A stretch of 64,000 nt of DNA. Origin: Octopus bimaculoides (lineage: Eukaryota). The stretch lies in assembly GCF_001194135.2 (NCBI RefSeq), contig NC_068982.1, forward strand, positions 102,083,276 through 102,147,275. The letters run 5' to 3'. Positions 23,890 to 36,631 of this stretch are shown here, in pieces. The stretch's first letter is position 1. Each line of letters opens with the position of its first letter. The position numbers were made by a program, and so were the translations under genes. The notes below the pieces were generated by a model. That model was not told the origin of the DNA, did no database searches, and saw only the letters and a list, made by a program, of their open reading frames with translations.

Positions 23890-24375
23890 AAGATGTATAA
23901 TTTAAAATATATTTCTAAAATGATTCCATGAAGATATATATTTTACTTAACTTAGGTTTCGGACATTATTGGCCCATGATATACCTAATTTCAGTTTTTG
24001 ATCTTGCAAGTACGTTTTAGATGAAGCTATTTCATTTGAATGTACACCTGAAATGTATAAATGGGAGGCGGCCACATAATTTTCTGTTTACAGTTAACAA
24101 TAACGATTTTTCTGCAGTTAGTGAGCCGTAGACTCACATCCATGTGACCACAGCTTCGTGTCCTCCAGGAGTATAATCAAACGAAATTATTCATATACAT
24201 ACATACGTTTACAAAATTTATGGTGATGATACTGTATCAACTGTGACTCAACTGTTCAGAGGTGGTTTGCAAAATGTAAAGCTGGAGAAGTTAACTTGTA
24301 AGGTGACGGTTGCAGTGGAAGGCTTTCAAAATTGGATGAAGATGTGTTCAAGGCAAAAGTCGAAGAAAAACGAAG
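23890..24375 (+). mobile_element. mariner DNA transposon 5' fragment (N-terminal HTH)
   Basis: Peptide IYGDDTVS…TVQRWFAKCKAGEVNL*GDGCSGRLSKLDEDVFKAKVEE is the mariner bipartite HTH (…TVQRWFAKFK.G…L.D..RSGRP..LDED). The left boundary is approximate. Confidence 0.8.
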
Positions 24376-24647
24376 GAATACTGGTGGGATATTCCCACCA
24401 AAACTTCTGCCAAATATAAACATAACAGGTCGGATATTGTTGTTTGGGACAAAGGGGCAAAGCTATGTACCATCATAGAGGTCAGCTGCCCTGGAGATAT
24501 AGATATCTCTTTGAAAATCAAAGAAAAAGAGGATATCTTTGGACAGCTGCTTTGAAACCTGCAGCTTCTATATCCAGACTATGAATTTATATTCATACCA
24601 ATAATAATTGGAGCACTAAGTTTTGGTAGTAAATGCTTAAAGGAGAA
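24375..24647 (+). mobile_element. R4/Dong-type restriction-like endonuclease fragment
   Basis: KEYWWDIPTKTSAKYKHNRSDIVVWDKGAKLCTIIEVSCPGDIDISLKIKEKEDIFGQLL*NLQLLYPDYEFIFIPIIIGALSFGSKCLKENL. Confidence 0.85.
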
Positions 24648-25195
24648 TCTGCCAGAAATTTGGAAATTACATGCTGTACTGCTTGGCATTTGCACCAGAA
24701 GCTCCAATACGAACATTTCAGAGTGTTTGAGTCTCAATCTCAGAGTGCAATCTGAGGACATGTACCGAAAGTGATAAAATTCAAACATCCAGTCAACATG
24801 ATGGTGTTTGGAGTGATCACTAGTGATGTCGACGATATGTCTCCATTCATCTTCCAACAAGGTTTCAGACTCAACCTCCTTAATTATTATTTGTGGGGTG
24901 CAGTTGAGCGAGAGACCAACAAAACTCCTTTCTACCACCAAAGATGAAATTGAAGACAAGTATTATGGCAGCATTCACCAGCTTAAACAAGGAGACCGTC
25001 AAGTAAAGTTGCAGGAGATTCCGAAGTCTTCTAAAGGTCTTGGTTGAAGCCAATGGCTATTTTATTGAATAAATTTATTCTTTTGTATTTCAAGCTATTT
25101 TTATGTAATTTTGGTAAATACATCTGTTAAAATGAAATGTCAGTGTTATTTTCATTTTTGCGTAATTTAGACGACAGTTTATTCATCGCATCCTG
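24647..25195 (+). mobile_element. maT (DD37D-type) Tc1/mariner transposon, multiply deleted, right TIR intact
   Basis: LPEIWKLHAVLLGICTRSSNTNISECL (N-terminus), PKVIKFKHPVNMMVFGVITSD…PFIFQQGFRLN, LNLLNYYLWGAVERETNK…CRRFRSLLKVLVEANGYFIE* (C-terminus); ends …attcatcgcatcctg|TA (25196-25197). Confidence 0.8.
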
Positions 25196-25211
25196 TATGT
25201 AATTACACACA

Positions 25212-25250
<39 letters not shown>

Positions 25251-26869
25251 ACACACACACACACACAACATACATGCATACATATATGAATACATGCATG
25301 TATGTGTGTGTGTATCTATGTTTATGTATACACAACAATACACCCTGTATACACTCACATATGCACACAGTTATATAATATGCAATGATGGGGTAGTGAG
25401 TGCCATAATAGGAGCTTCATTGTATAGATAACTGATACGATGTATCAAGAGGAAATCAGCCCAGTTTACATCTTCCCAATGTATATTTACAGAAGAGAAA
25501 CTCTGCTGATGACACTTCTGATCATTTTACTGCGACTGTCTTGCATAAGTGAGCTGTGCCTTCTGTCTACACCTATCTACAGTTAGATGGAAAGGGTTTC
25601 AAAAAGGTATCAGTTTTTGTCCAAGACATATTACTGCATCATAAGTAATTTTTGCTAACTGCCAAATCTCCGGCCAAATTTTAAGCATTTTATCAGATAG
25701 ATTCATCTGTATATCTCAAAACATGCTAGAATTGTGACAACACAATTAATAGTGTCCTTCCTCTCAAGTGTCAGAAAATACTTGAAACATCTAACATTGA
25801 AACCTACAATGGAGTGGTGTTTTCATAAGCAGATATATAAAATTGTATCACAGGACACGCAAATAATTAATATGAAGTCACTTAGTTTCGTATTCCAACT
25901 CTGATTCACAGACGTGATGTTTCTTCATTGTTTTTCCACCGCTACTTCAGTACACTGTACAAGTTGGTGTGCTAATTCCACTCAAACATTCTGACTTAAT
26001 CGCCTCTTATTTTCTTCTTATCTATATTCAGTCAATCCCCTCAGACCCAGCACTAATCACAATGCCTACTCTTTTTCTCCGCATAACATTAAGCGTGAAA
26101 ATTCCTCCGTTCATGTTTTTTTTTATTGCAGTAATCAACTAGTAGCAATTCCAAAAGAACTTTAACACCTCGATTTCGGTGATTTCGGAGGACCTGATAA
26201 AAACAAGCTGCACATCCAAGCGATAAAACAATGGGATTTATTGAAACTGTCACTTTTCAATGGTTTTATCGATCTTGAAAAGGACTCTTAAGACATATGA
26301 AAAACTAATTCATTCAATATCAAAGCACCCCCAAAACATTCAATATAGAACGACTAATGTGTGGGGGATCTATATTGCGTCAAATGTTTGAGAAATTGGT
26401 ATCTGAGATGTATTAATTAGTAGTGTCCAATGGACGAACATGTGATAATGTGATAACTGTTTGTGATTTAAATAGTCTCAATCATTCATCATACTGCAGT
26501 GTAGAGAGGGTGCGAGCATTTCAAAGCGACTTAGTAACTTCTTTAGATTTACTCAAGCGCTTCAGAGTGTAGAAAGCATTCTATTTTAGAATAACTGACA
26601 ACGTTGGTGTAAGTCGGAACTCTAAAATTATTAAAGTACATCTCATCTTTGATAACAGCAATATACTTACACCTTGTATTTATTGGGGATAAATACAAAT
26701 TCGGAACTTCGAAATAGAGAGGTGAAGCAGAAACCCAATGTCATCTGATATAAAACATATAACGGAAAGACTTATAGTTCTATGGATTCTTATATTTGTT
26801 AACATTACACGGTAGAATTGCTATTGCGTTGCCTTAACTTATATATATATACATGTGTGTGTGTGGTGT

Positions 26870-26948
<79 letters not shown>

Positions 26949-27709
26949 GTAGTGTTTATAATGGAGAATTGGAATCGACGTTGTGTTACATTTTCAAATT
27001 TGATAGATTACATAATCTTTGTCAGACCAAGACTAAAGAATTTTCCAGCTTTTCGACTTTTCCTGAGGTTAGAGAGTGTTTGATTGATCAGCTGACTGAC
27101 ATATTGGTTAAAGTTCATATATGTATATTTTCTATCGAAATAAACCTTCAGGCTTTTCTTTTGACACAGCAAATACACTTATATGTAATAGTATTTCCTA
27201 TAACAACTGTTAAACCAAATTTGAGAGTTTTATATTAAAAGGACAGTGGGATTTATTATATAGTTTACCGTATTTTCCTCGGGATATGTTAGTATGAATC
27301 TTTTAAAGAAACAAATATTGTATCTGAAACAAGCAATTGTTAGAAAAAGTATATATAAAGGTTATTCGATTTCAGTCTTGTGATTTCATTTTGAATGTTT
27401 AACTTGTCACTCACTATATAGTATGAGAGAAAGAAAGAGACAGTGAGAGATATCGACAAAGTGAGAGAAAGTCTTTACTGCCTAAGTTTATAAATATCGA
27501 CCTGCTGTCAGAACTGATCAAGGTTCGTATCTCATCAATAACAATGATGATCAAGACATTTAAAAAGTACCTTCATAAGGGTATTTTTGCTATAGGAAGT
27601 ACATTCTAAGAAATTTAATTTCTTTCATGAGACACAGCCCAAATTTTGAAACACATATTTGATAAAAAAAAAATTAAAATAGTATGCTTTTCCTTGCTGT
27701 AGAATAATC

Positions 27710-27860
27710 CTTTCTACTAAAAGCACAAGGCCTGAAATTTGGGTGAGGGGGCTAGTCGATTACGTCGACCCCAGTACTCAAATGGTAGTTAGTTTATCGA
27801 CTCCGGAGAAATGAAAGGCAAAATCGACCTCGGCGGAATTTGAACTCAGCACGTAATTGC
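27710..27860 (-). mobile_element. SINE family A, 5'-truncated
   Basis: Sense gtgctgagttcaaattccgccgaggtcgattttgcctttcatttc…gagtactggggtcgacgtaatcgactagc…aaatttcaggccttgtgcttttagtagaaagg. Confidence 0.85.
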
Positions 27861-29196
27861 AGTTGAATAATATTACATTTATATTGCACACTTTCTTAGC
27901 AAGTCAGGTGATCGGCAACTCAGTTACTGCTTTCAGGATGGCGAGTTCCCTACCAGGAAAATACTGAATATAATGAATATAAATTAGAATTATCAATAGA
28001 AAGTCTGTAGCATACAAATCCTTGTAGGTATTTCACAGATATTTACAAATAAATTATTTGTATTTCGGTTAAACACGGTAAACAAGTGCTTGAGGCATAT
28101 CTAGAAAGTTTTTTTTTTCTTAGTGGGATCATAAACATATTTAAGCAAATGTAGATATAAGATTGTTTCTTCCACAAGGAAGGTTCTTTTTTCAATAAGG
28201 TTTCCTTCCATTATGACATTGATGTACATCTTAAGAAGTATAAAATCTCAATTTGACCTTCATAAGACACAGAATGTTCATGATAGTATGTGCATATGTG
28301 TATGTGTAAGAGAGAGAAAAAGAGATATAGAGAGGGATGAGAGAGAGACATACACTAATGTAAGATCAAGTTATGAGAATTGCTATATGGTCGGTAAGAC
28401 GAGGATTCTAATAACGTATTTTGCCTCGAGGATAAAATATAGATGACAGACGAAGAGAGAGAGTGTGTATGTGGGGCGAGGTATGTGTATGTGCGTGTAT
28501 GTGTGCGTGAGCGTGTGAGGGGGATTGCGTGTGTGAGTATGTGTGCGTGCCTGTGTGTGCATGTGTGTGTGTGTGCGTGTGTGTGCGTGCGCGCGTGCGC
28601 GCGTGTGTGTGTGTATGTGTGTCTGTCTGTCTGTCTGTGCCTGTGTGTTAGAAGGAGATGGCAAATGGAAATGGAAGAGACGATGCTGTGAAAGAAAAAA
28701 GCAGAAATCACGTGGATGAATATTCATTATCGTATTTAATTTGAAATGTAAGCTTCCGATGGTTAACCTTTTCATGTATATCTTTTAAACATGGGCAAGG
28801 AAAAGTATATTTATAAGAACACCTGAACTAACAGATTCTATGGTATGGTCAAAGCAGTTTAAGCTGTGACTCAAGTATTTAAAATACATTGTATCGATGA
28901 TACACATGTCTCGTTCCTTTTTAATACACTGGGTTGTGTTTATCGGGAAATTTACTATTTATACATGGGCGAGAGAATCTTCGATTAATTTATTCTTTGG
29001 TTCGCAATCAGCATTTGTTGGTCTCTTCCGAGTAAACTTACAAGTCCACACAAATTCCATAACAATTGCTGTCTATAATTATTTGTCTCCAATCGATGGC
29101 ATAGTTTGTTCTATTCACAACACCTATATATTTCGTAAGAAACTGAATGATAAACTGAATCCAAATCGAAAACATATTCTATTATTGAAACAAATT

Positions 29197-29340
29197 TACA
29201 TTATGTTATTGAAAGGGATTGACACACAGAGATTGAAGAGAGCCAGTCTCTTCAATAGCTCTGTTCTAACTGCGATTTTATATGCAAATGAGGTATAGGC
29301 TACTACCAAGTTGGAGTAACCGTGACTGGCAACGAAGCCC
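29197..29340 (+). mobile_element. RTE-clade LINE RT C-terminal fragment
   Basis: YIMLLKGIDTQRLKRASLFNSSVLTAILYANEV*ATTK matches the RTE LFNSTVLPAMLYASETWATTK motif. Confidence 0.7.
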
Positions 29341-30253
29341 ATCGGTAGAATATTTGGAAGGAAAGACAGATATGTTAAAACAATTATGCAGAACAGAGCC
29401 AAGAAACTTTCAGAAAACGCTTGCTCGCTGTTTTTATGAATTTATTCATAAAAACATAAATAATCTATCCTGTGAGCCAAGACTTAAGACTCCGAAATCC
29501 AGTTAAGCTGATATTATGCATGAACACTCAAATAAAATATTTCTTCATCAAGAAAATATATTTGCTGATAAGTCTGTTAAAAATGGAAACAGTAAATAAA
29601 TAAAATAGAACAGTTATTAATTTGACATCTTGCTTCCACACTTGATTTACTTTTCTTCATCTTTCATTCAATACTGTCAAAGACAATTCTAGATATTCTA
29701 AACAAGTGATGCTTACAGTTTGGTTATATTTACTTTGCGCTTAAGAAAGTTCAAACCTGTAGGAAATTAATTCGTGTTATTCTCAGAGTTCTTTATGTTT
29801 ATTTAATATATAAACTATAAGAAAAACATTGCAGAATGATCTATGAAGGGAATTATTTAACTTTTATCAATACATACCACTCGGTGGAACAAGAGGCGAC
29901 AAATAGCTGTAATTTTTGCTTTTATTTCGTTAAAGGTTAAAGGAAATAGATTCTATTTGTGAATTCATCATTCAAATTCACACACCAACTAGCAAAACTT
30001 ACGTCATCTTATCGCGCCTATGTACCTTATAATAAAATAAATTGGCCGTAACAAGTTCTAAAGCATTTTGTTTCCTACATTTTTTATATATTCTTTCTTT
30101 CCCACTTCCTTACCTTATTTTCAACTCATATATCTTCTCCGTTTTCTCTCTCTTTCTCCTTTTCCTTCTTGCTATTTCTTTCACTCATTTCTCTTCTCTT
30201 CTCTTCCTTCTCTCTTTCTCACTCTCTTCTTTGCCCTCTTTCATTCATTCTCT

Positions 30254-30326
<73 letters not shown>

Positions 30327-30955
30327 GCATGCACACACAGATACATTTTCATAATTATTTGCTTATCTAAAACCATTTCTAACAGGAGTCCATTATTCTT
30401 ACGCACAAATACACTCTCGCATATAAAGAATATATGTGGTTGTATATGCATGTGTGTGTATGTATGTGTATGTGCACGCGTGTATGTATTCGTGTATATG
30501 TGTGAATGCCTGTATNNNNNNNNNNNNNNNNNNNNNNNNNNNNNNNNNNNNNNNNNNNNNNNNNNNNNNNNNNNNNNNNNNNNNNNNNNNNNNNNNNNNN
30601 NNNNNNNNNNNNNNNNNNNNNNNNNNNNNNNNNNNNNNNNNNNNNNNNNNNNNNNNNNNNNNNNNNNNNNNNNNNNNNNNNNNNNNNNNNNNNNNNNNNN
30701 NNNNNNNNNNNNNNNNNNNNNNNNNNNNNNNNNNNNNNNNNNNNNNNNNNNNNNNNNNNNNNNNNNNNNNNNNNNNNNNNNNNNNNNNNNNNNNNNNNNN
30801 NNNNNNNNNNNNNNNNNNNNNNNNNNNNNNNNNNNNNNNNNNNNNNNNNNNNNNNNNNNNNNNNNNNNNNNNNNNNNNNNNNNNNNNNNNNNNNNNNNNN
30901 NNNNNNNNNNNNNNNNNNNNNNNNNNNNNNNNNNNNNNNNNNNNNNNNNNNNNNN

Positions 30956-31005
<50 letters not shown>

Positions 31006-31850
31006 CACACATATACGTAAAAGGAGAGAGAGTAAGTGAGAGAGAACAAAAAAAGAAAGAGGTAGATAGATATAAAGATATATAAATGCATATATACAAT
31101 ACTGTTATATTGTGTGATGCTTATGTATATATATATATACATATGTGTGTATGTATATATAGACATGTGCGTGCATGTGTGCGTGTGCGCGTGTGTATGT
31201 ATGTATGAATATGTGTAGTACACCTCATTTCCCACATCTCTTTTATATTTACATTCAACAGCTTAAGTGTTCAGTTTTGCACTAACGTCGCCAATGTCTT
31301 TAGTACATGATTTGCTCCTCAAACATTCTACTATCATTATTAGGGCGTGAAAAGATGATCTTTACTGCCAACATTAGTACCAGGGCGTGAATAAAAGACC
31401 GTTATTTTCCTACCAAATGTTTATCAGACATCTTCAGTCACCTATTTCAAAAAATAACAAGCTATCTTAAAATTAATCACTGGGGATTGATGCAGAATTT
31501 CGGTAGATAAGATCCACAACTAGCCTCGTAGCAACTTAAAACAAGTCACACTAAAGGGTTTGGTAATTTACATTAATTTAGTGCCTATGCTTCCATGTCA
31601 GTTACAAATACACAGTTACGCCAATGATAATAAACACACGCATTGTTTGGATATCACTTCTTTATTGGCAGTCAACCGGTTAAATATCCCACCAACTACC
31701 TAATCGATCGTTTGTTTAATATGTTGACTAAACAATCAATCGGTTGTTTGCTTCTCAAAATCCTTTCGTCGCTATTCGCTACCTTATCAATGATATGCTC
31801 ACTCTATCTCTTCAATGCAAACCTTATTATCATCATCATCATCATCATCA

Positions 31851-31935
<85 letters not shown>

Positions 31936-31939
31936 CATT

Positions 31940-32497
31940 GAGTGAGAGAGCAGTGCATGCCATCAAAGTTACACTGAGGTCAAATATACGAAGCCCAGTA
32001 TACCCATCATGACTACCCGTCTGATAAGGGTACACTAGGCACATGCGTCACAACCATATGTGCGCGACATAGTGATCTCATATTAAGATAAACAGCACAT
32101 GAACTTGCAGGTGAGGCCCAGTTAGAATTTTCTTCAGGTCGAGTAGCCTATCCCGCTCAAAAGATCCCTGAATAAGGATTGTTTAAGGATGTTGAACAAA
32201 ATACTCATGTTTCCACAATGGAACTATCCAAAACCCAAAGAATTCCTCTCAATACATGGCTATGATGCTCCCCTGCTACTTCTACTTGTGATCAGAGATG
32301 CACATATAGTCATCCACCAAGGGACATGCCCATCTCGTTAAGGTCACGCATCTGACTAGCAAATTTCTGCTATTGAGCAGAATATTTGTTGTAGCCTATC
32401 TTTTATACAAGGACAAAAGAATGTACATTGATAGCACCTCCAATGAGTTAAGATCAGAAACCATGAGAGCCAGTGCCGGTACTACATCAGGGCATTT
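31940..32497. mobile_element. Unclassified ~560-bp interspersed element ('family D'), copy 1, flanked on both sides by (ATT)/(ATC) arrays
   Basis: Colinear with 35960-36471 (gagtgagagag…ccatcaaagt…tgactacccgtctgataa…agagatgcacatat…); no ORF, TIR or clear pol III boxes seen. Confidence 0.8.
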
Positions 32498-32517
32498 TAT
32501 CATCATCATCATCATCA

Positions 32518-32580
<63 letters not shown>

Positions 32581-32829
32581 TTGCTGCGGAACACATCGGA
32601 CATGTTTTTGAACGCTCCAAGTAAGTCTAGTTGGAAATATTTATTTACACCAGGATTGATGTCCTTTGTCAATGATTATTTTATTCCAAGTTGTGAATAT
32701 AAGCACCAGGAACCTATTACTGGATTTTTATGGTTGTGCTGCCCCTTGAGGGGCAACTTTCGGCCCACGAAATAACTTTGGTGGACGTTAAATTTAATCG
32801 AATCAACTACAACTCAACAAGATGGTGGA

Positions 32830-34595
32830 GTGCGTCTTAAAAGAGTTGAGACAAAAAAAACAAACCTTCTCATCAATATGGTAATGGATGAAGACTTCCT
32901 CCCCTTCCCTTCGTCACGGGCAACAATACAGGGGAAGGGAGGGGGAGAAGAAAAACAAGACAGTAATGGTGTACAAAGTTTAACCAACAGTAACAACAAT
33001 AGTAGCAGAAACACTAACAGCGGTAGAAATGAGAACAGCAGCCGCAACGATGACAGTAGCCAAAGCAGTAGTAGCAGTGATAGCAACAATCACGATAGTG
33101 GCAGTAGCGATTACAACAACAACAACAACAACAATAGCGGCAGCAGCAACTGCAGCAACAGTAGCAACAACAAAAACAACAACGAGAACAATACCAATAA
33201 CAATAACAAAAATACTTTCATGGCAGCAGCAGCGAAGACCAAACACCACTTTACCGTAGACCTCACAAATAGGGAGCAGATGCTACCACAGGCATAGAAA
33301 CTTATAAAACAAGAGAAGAATTGGGCAAATCTGACAATCCTATCAGAGGCAATTGAAAAGAACGGTGCTTTTCAGATGCATCTCAGCAGACACGAAAATA
33401 ATGGCTTTGATAGCGCAAGTAGATATTGAGGCGGCACTGAGGTGCATCAGAAATGACGTCGAATACAAAGCCAGGAGCAAACAATACGGCACCATTTTGG
33501 TGCTGTTTTCGTCAGAAGCCCTCGCTATAATACCTTCAATGACCCCCTGCAAAACCAGCAAAGTCATCATGTACCCCTCCCACATGGGGAAACGTACAGC
33601 CCGTGTCCGCATTCCTAGAATCCCACCAGGACTAGATATTTGGTGGCGTAATCGTGGAGGTGACGGATACTGTCCCGATAGAGGCGACTAGAACTGCCAG
33701 AGAGGATTGGTCCGGGGTTGACGTGGAGATACTTCTTTAGATGAGACCCGAAAACATAAAAAAAACCGGACCACATCCGTCTCCTGAACGGACGGTGATA
33801 CATATCATGACTGAGGGTAAAAGGCCTCATTGTTTCACGTGTGGAGAAACGACTCATTTGCGAATTCGTTGCCCCCTAACAGCCTCCACTGCTGCCTACG
33901 CCGCGACGAGAACTACAAACATTACCAGCACCGACAAAACCTCCAGTAACAACACCACCAAAGACATTAACCACCGTTGGGTGCAAGAAGGTGAGTTCTC
34001 CCATCCTCCTCACACCAAACCAAAATACACACTTAAACAAGATTATAAACATACACACAGACACAGAGACACTTACAGCAACAGACCCTTCAGCTTCCAG
34101 TAGTGAAGATGAACGAAAACCAAAAGGTTAAGAAAAAAAATACGAAAGAAAAACACTACAAAGCATAACAACACACACAATAAAAAAAATACGGACGCAC
34201 GCAAACATCTCCCCAAAACACCAACACCATCACTATCACCAGAATTCCCCAAACGCAAACAACCTAAACATGAACAAACACTCACACATACATCTAAAAC
34301 TGCAGACACCACATTCACAACACACACAGAAACAACAGAAGCAACAACAAGACCATCACCACTACAGTCACGCAAACAAATTAAACACCAACACAAAACA
34401 TCCAAGTTCGTACTCACTCTTCAGAAGGGACAACGAGGAAATGATGGCACTCGTAACACAAAACACGCAATTTGAAATGGGGTGGGGGTGATTTTCGAAT
34501 CAAAGACATTCAGCGTAACAGAAGATTTACTTCTGATGCGAATATCGCTCGATTCCTACACAGAAATTCGAGAAAGCTTTCCGGAGGACGTGGTA
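32830..34595 (+). pseudogene. Tx1 ORF1 (gag-like): N/S-rich low-complexity N-terminus, conserved core, CX2CX4HX4C knuckle, T/N/Q-rich tail; frameshifted
   Basis: ORF track 32830-33297, 33353-33691 and 33741-34103; knuckle CFTCGETTHLRIRC (~33835-33875). Confidence 0.8.
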
Positions 34596-34599
34596 ATGC

Positions 34600-35660
34600 G
34601 AGGAAATGGGATGCGAGGAAGCTAACCCTGAAAGGTCGATCGGAGGCAACGAGTACGTACATCTCGTCCGTCATCTACCACCACTTGACTGTCGTGCCTT
34701 GCCTCCGATCGCGCCTCACCAAGTCAGAACGCCACCTTTTCAAATTCCTGTGGAGGGGATAGGTTCCATTGGTGAGGCGGTCTATCTGCTGCTAACACGT
34801 CTACGCAGAGGGCTGGGCATACCGTGGTTAATGATGCGCAGATTGCACTGAGGCTGCGGCATCTCCAGACATTCTGCCTAAACGGTGAACACCTGTGGGT
34901 ACCGTTTGTCAGACAGGCCTTTCCCCAGCTCGTCTCCTTGACTGAGCTGCAGTCCTGGGTCAAGAAGAGACCGAAGCGGGGTGAGTGGCCTCTAGAATAT
35001 TAATAGGCACTCACTGCCCTCTACCAGGCGGGCAACGCGATCAATGGAACGTTCACTCTTGAGTTCTATAGCGTATTATTGGAGGGAAAGAGCGATGACG
35101 CACTTAGAGAGACGCTAGGAATTGACGAAGTCGAACTAACCAGTCTACCTAAGTAAACTTCGAGCCGGGAACGATGGATAACTTCCAGAAATCCCTAGCT
35201 TGGCAGCGCTACCGGGGGGCAATGCTGGTTCGAGATAAACTGTACGGAAGTGCTGTCAATTCGACCAGCCCGAGATGCGCGCAGGGTGACGAAACTGTTC
35301 TGCACGCACTCGTCCAGTGTCTTTGCATTACTGACTTGTGAAGTTAAGTTGAACAACTGTTGAGCAGTTGTGTAGGACGCATCCGGTAATCGGCCGAGGC
35401 CACAGTGAAGATCGATCAACCCCCTTCCATTGGTCCGGAAAGACAGGCAATTTTCCTCTGTCTGATAGCAGTAGCGAAAGAGGTTGTATGGTGGACAAGG
35501 TTGAAAGGACTGAAGACATACACTTTTCTCGTCGGTCAATCCCCCATCAACTTTCTCAAATTTCACTTGGAATGGAAGATTAGGGTGGAGAGAGAAGTGC
35601 TGCCTCCCAGTACATTTGCTAAAAGGTTACTGAATGTACCTACTCTAATAATGCACCTGT
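34600..35660 (+). pseudogene. Tx1 ORF2 C-terminal part (post-RT region and zf-RVT zinc finger), multiple stops and frameshifts
   Basis: RKLTLKGRSEATSTYISSVIYHHLTVVPC…FKFLWRG*VPLVRRSICC…LGIPWLMMRR; PRCAQGDETVLHALVQC; IFLCLIAVAKEVVWWTRLKGL…FLKFHLEWKIRVER are typical L1/Tx1 ORF2 end motifs. Confidence 0.85.
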
Positions 35661-35959
35661 AGGCTAGTGAATTTTGAGAGGGAGAAGGGTGCTCTTCCCA
35701 GATGCCCTCGAAGCGTTGAGTGGTTCAGGATTGGTGGAATAACCGAGCCAACTCCAGGTGGTTACCCCACTCCTATTGGGGAACCTTCATTGTAATATTC
35801 TTTTCTTGGATATCATTGTTATTGTTCTAACTGTGTACTCGTTGTTTCTGCGTAAAATCCCCACTCTCCATGTCTACTGTATCGTCCCCTATATGTCGGC
35901 CCTAGTGGCTCATAAATGAATTTATTATTATTATTATTATTATTATGATTATGATTATT

Positions 35960-36467
35960 GAGTGAGAGAGTAGTCCTTGCCATCAAAGTGACACTGGGGT
36001 AAAATATATGAAGCCCATTTCACCCATCATGACTACCCGTCTGATAAAGGTACACCAGGCACATGCATCACAACCATATGTGCGTGACATGGTGATCTCA
36101 TATCAAGATCAACAGCGCATGACCACGCAGGTTGGGCCCAGTTAGAATTTTCTTCAGGTTGAGTAGCCTATCCTGCTCAAAAGATCCCTGAATAAGGTCT
36201 GTTTAAGGATGTTGAGCAAAATACCAATGTTTCCAAAGGTGAATTATTCAAACCCCAAAGAATTCCTCTCAACACATGGCTATGATGCTCCCCCACTCTT
36301 TCTGCTCATGATCAGAGATGCACATATCGTCAACCACTAAGGATGATGCTCAACTGGTTAAGGTCAAACAACTGACAAGCAAATCTCTGGTATTAAGCAG
36401 AATATTTGCTGTAGCCCATCTTTTATACCAAGACAAAACAATGTACATGATAACACTTCCAATCAAT

Positions 36468-36471
<4 letters not shown>
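35960..36471. mobile_element. 'Family D' element, copy 2 (same orientation as copy 1, about 45 bp shorter at the right end)
   Basis: Aligns along its length with 31940-32452; (TTA)n on both sides. Confidence 0.8.
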
Positions 36472-36537
<66 letters not shown>

Positions 36538-36579
36538 CATCATCATCATCATCATCATCATCATTATTATTATTATTAA

Positions 36580-36630
<51 letters not shown>

Positions 36631-36631
<1 letters not shown>

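Larger units (their letters stand above)
32579..35921 (+). mobile_element. Tx1-clade LINE copy 2: both termini retained, most of ORF2 (APE and RT core) deleted
   Basis: 5' UTR homologous to copy 1; ORF1 with a CCHC knuckle; ORF2 post-RT and zf-RVT remnants; 3' UTR ending cataaatgaa followed by (TTA)n. Confidence 0.85.

Noticed and set aside
24748-24775. CTGAGGA…CCGAAA hammerhead-like string
   Set aside because: Stem II cannot pair, and it lies at a deletion junction inside maT transposase coding sequence.
25493-25548. 56-nt candidate exon (ttacag|…|gtgagc; KRNSADDTSDHFTATVLH)
   Set aside because: Short, with no recognisable homology; such splice-like pairs arise frequently by chance.
32830-33297. 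N/S-rich 155-aa ORF resembling a prion-like or low-complexity host protein
   Set aside because: It is the N-terminal low-complexity part of Tx1 ORF1; a homologous region is present in copy 1 at ~8000-8450.
31940-36471. Two ~510-560-bp direct repeats flanking a gag-like/RT-like interior look like an LTR retrotransposon
   Set aside because: No TG…CA termini, PBS or PPT; the repeats are clearly diverged from each other and separated from the interior by triplet arrays; the interior is a Tx1 LINE with its own 5' and 3' ends.
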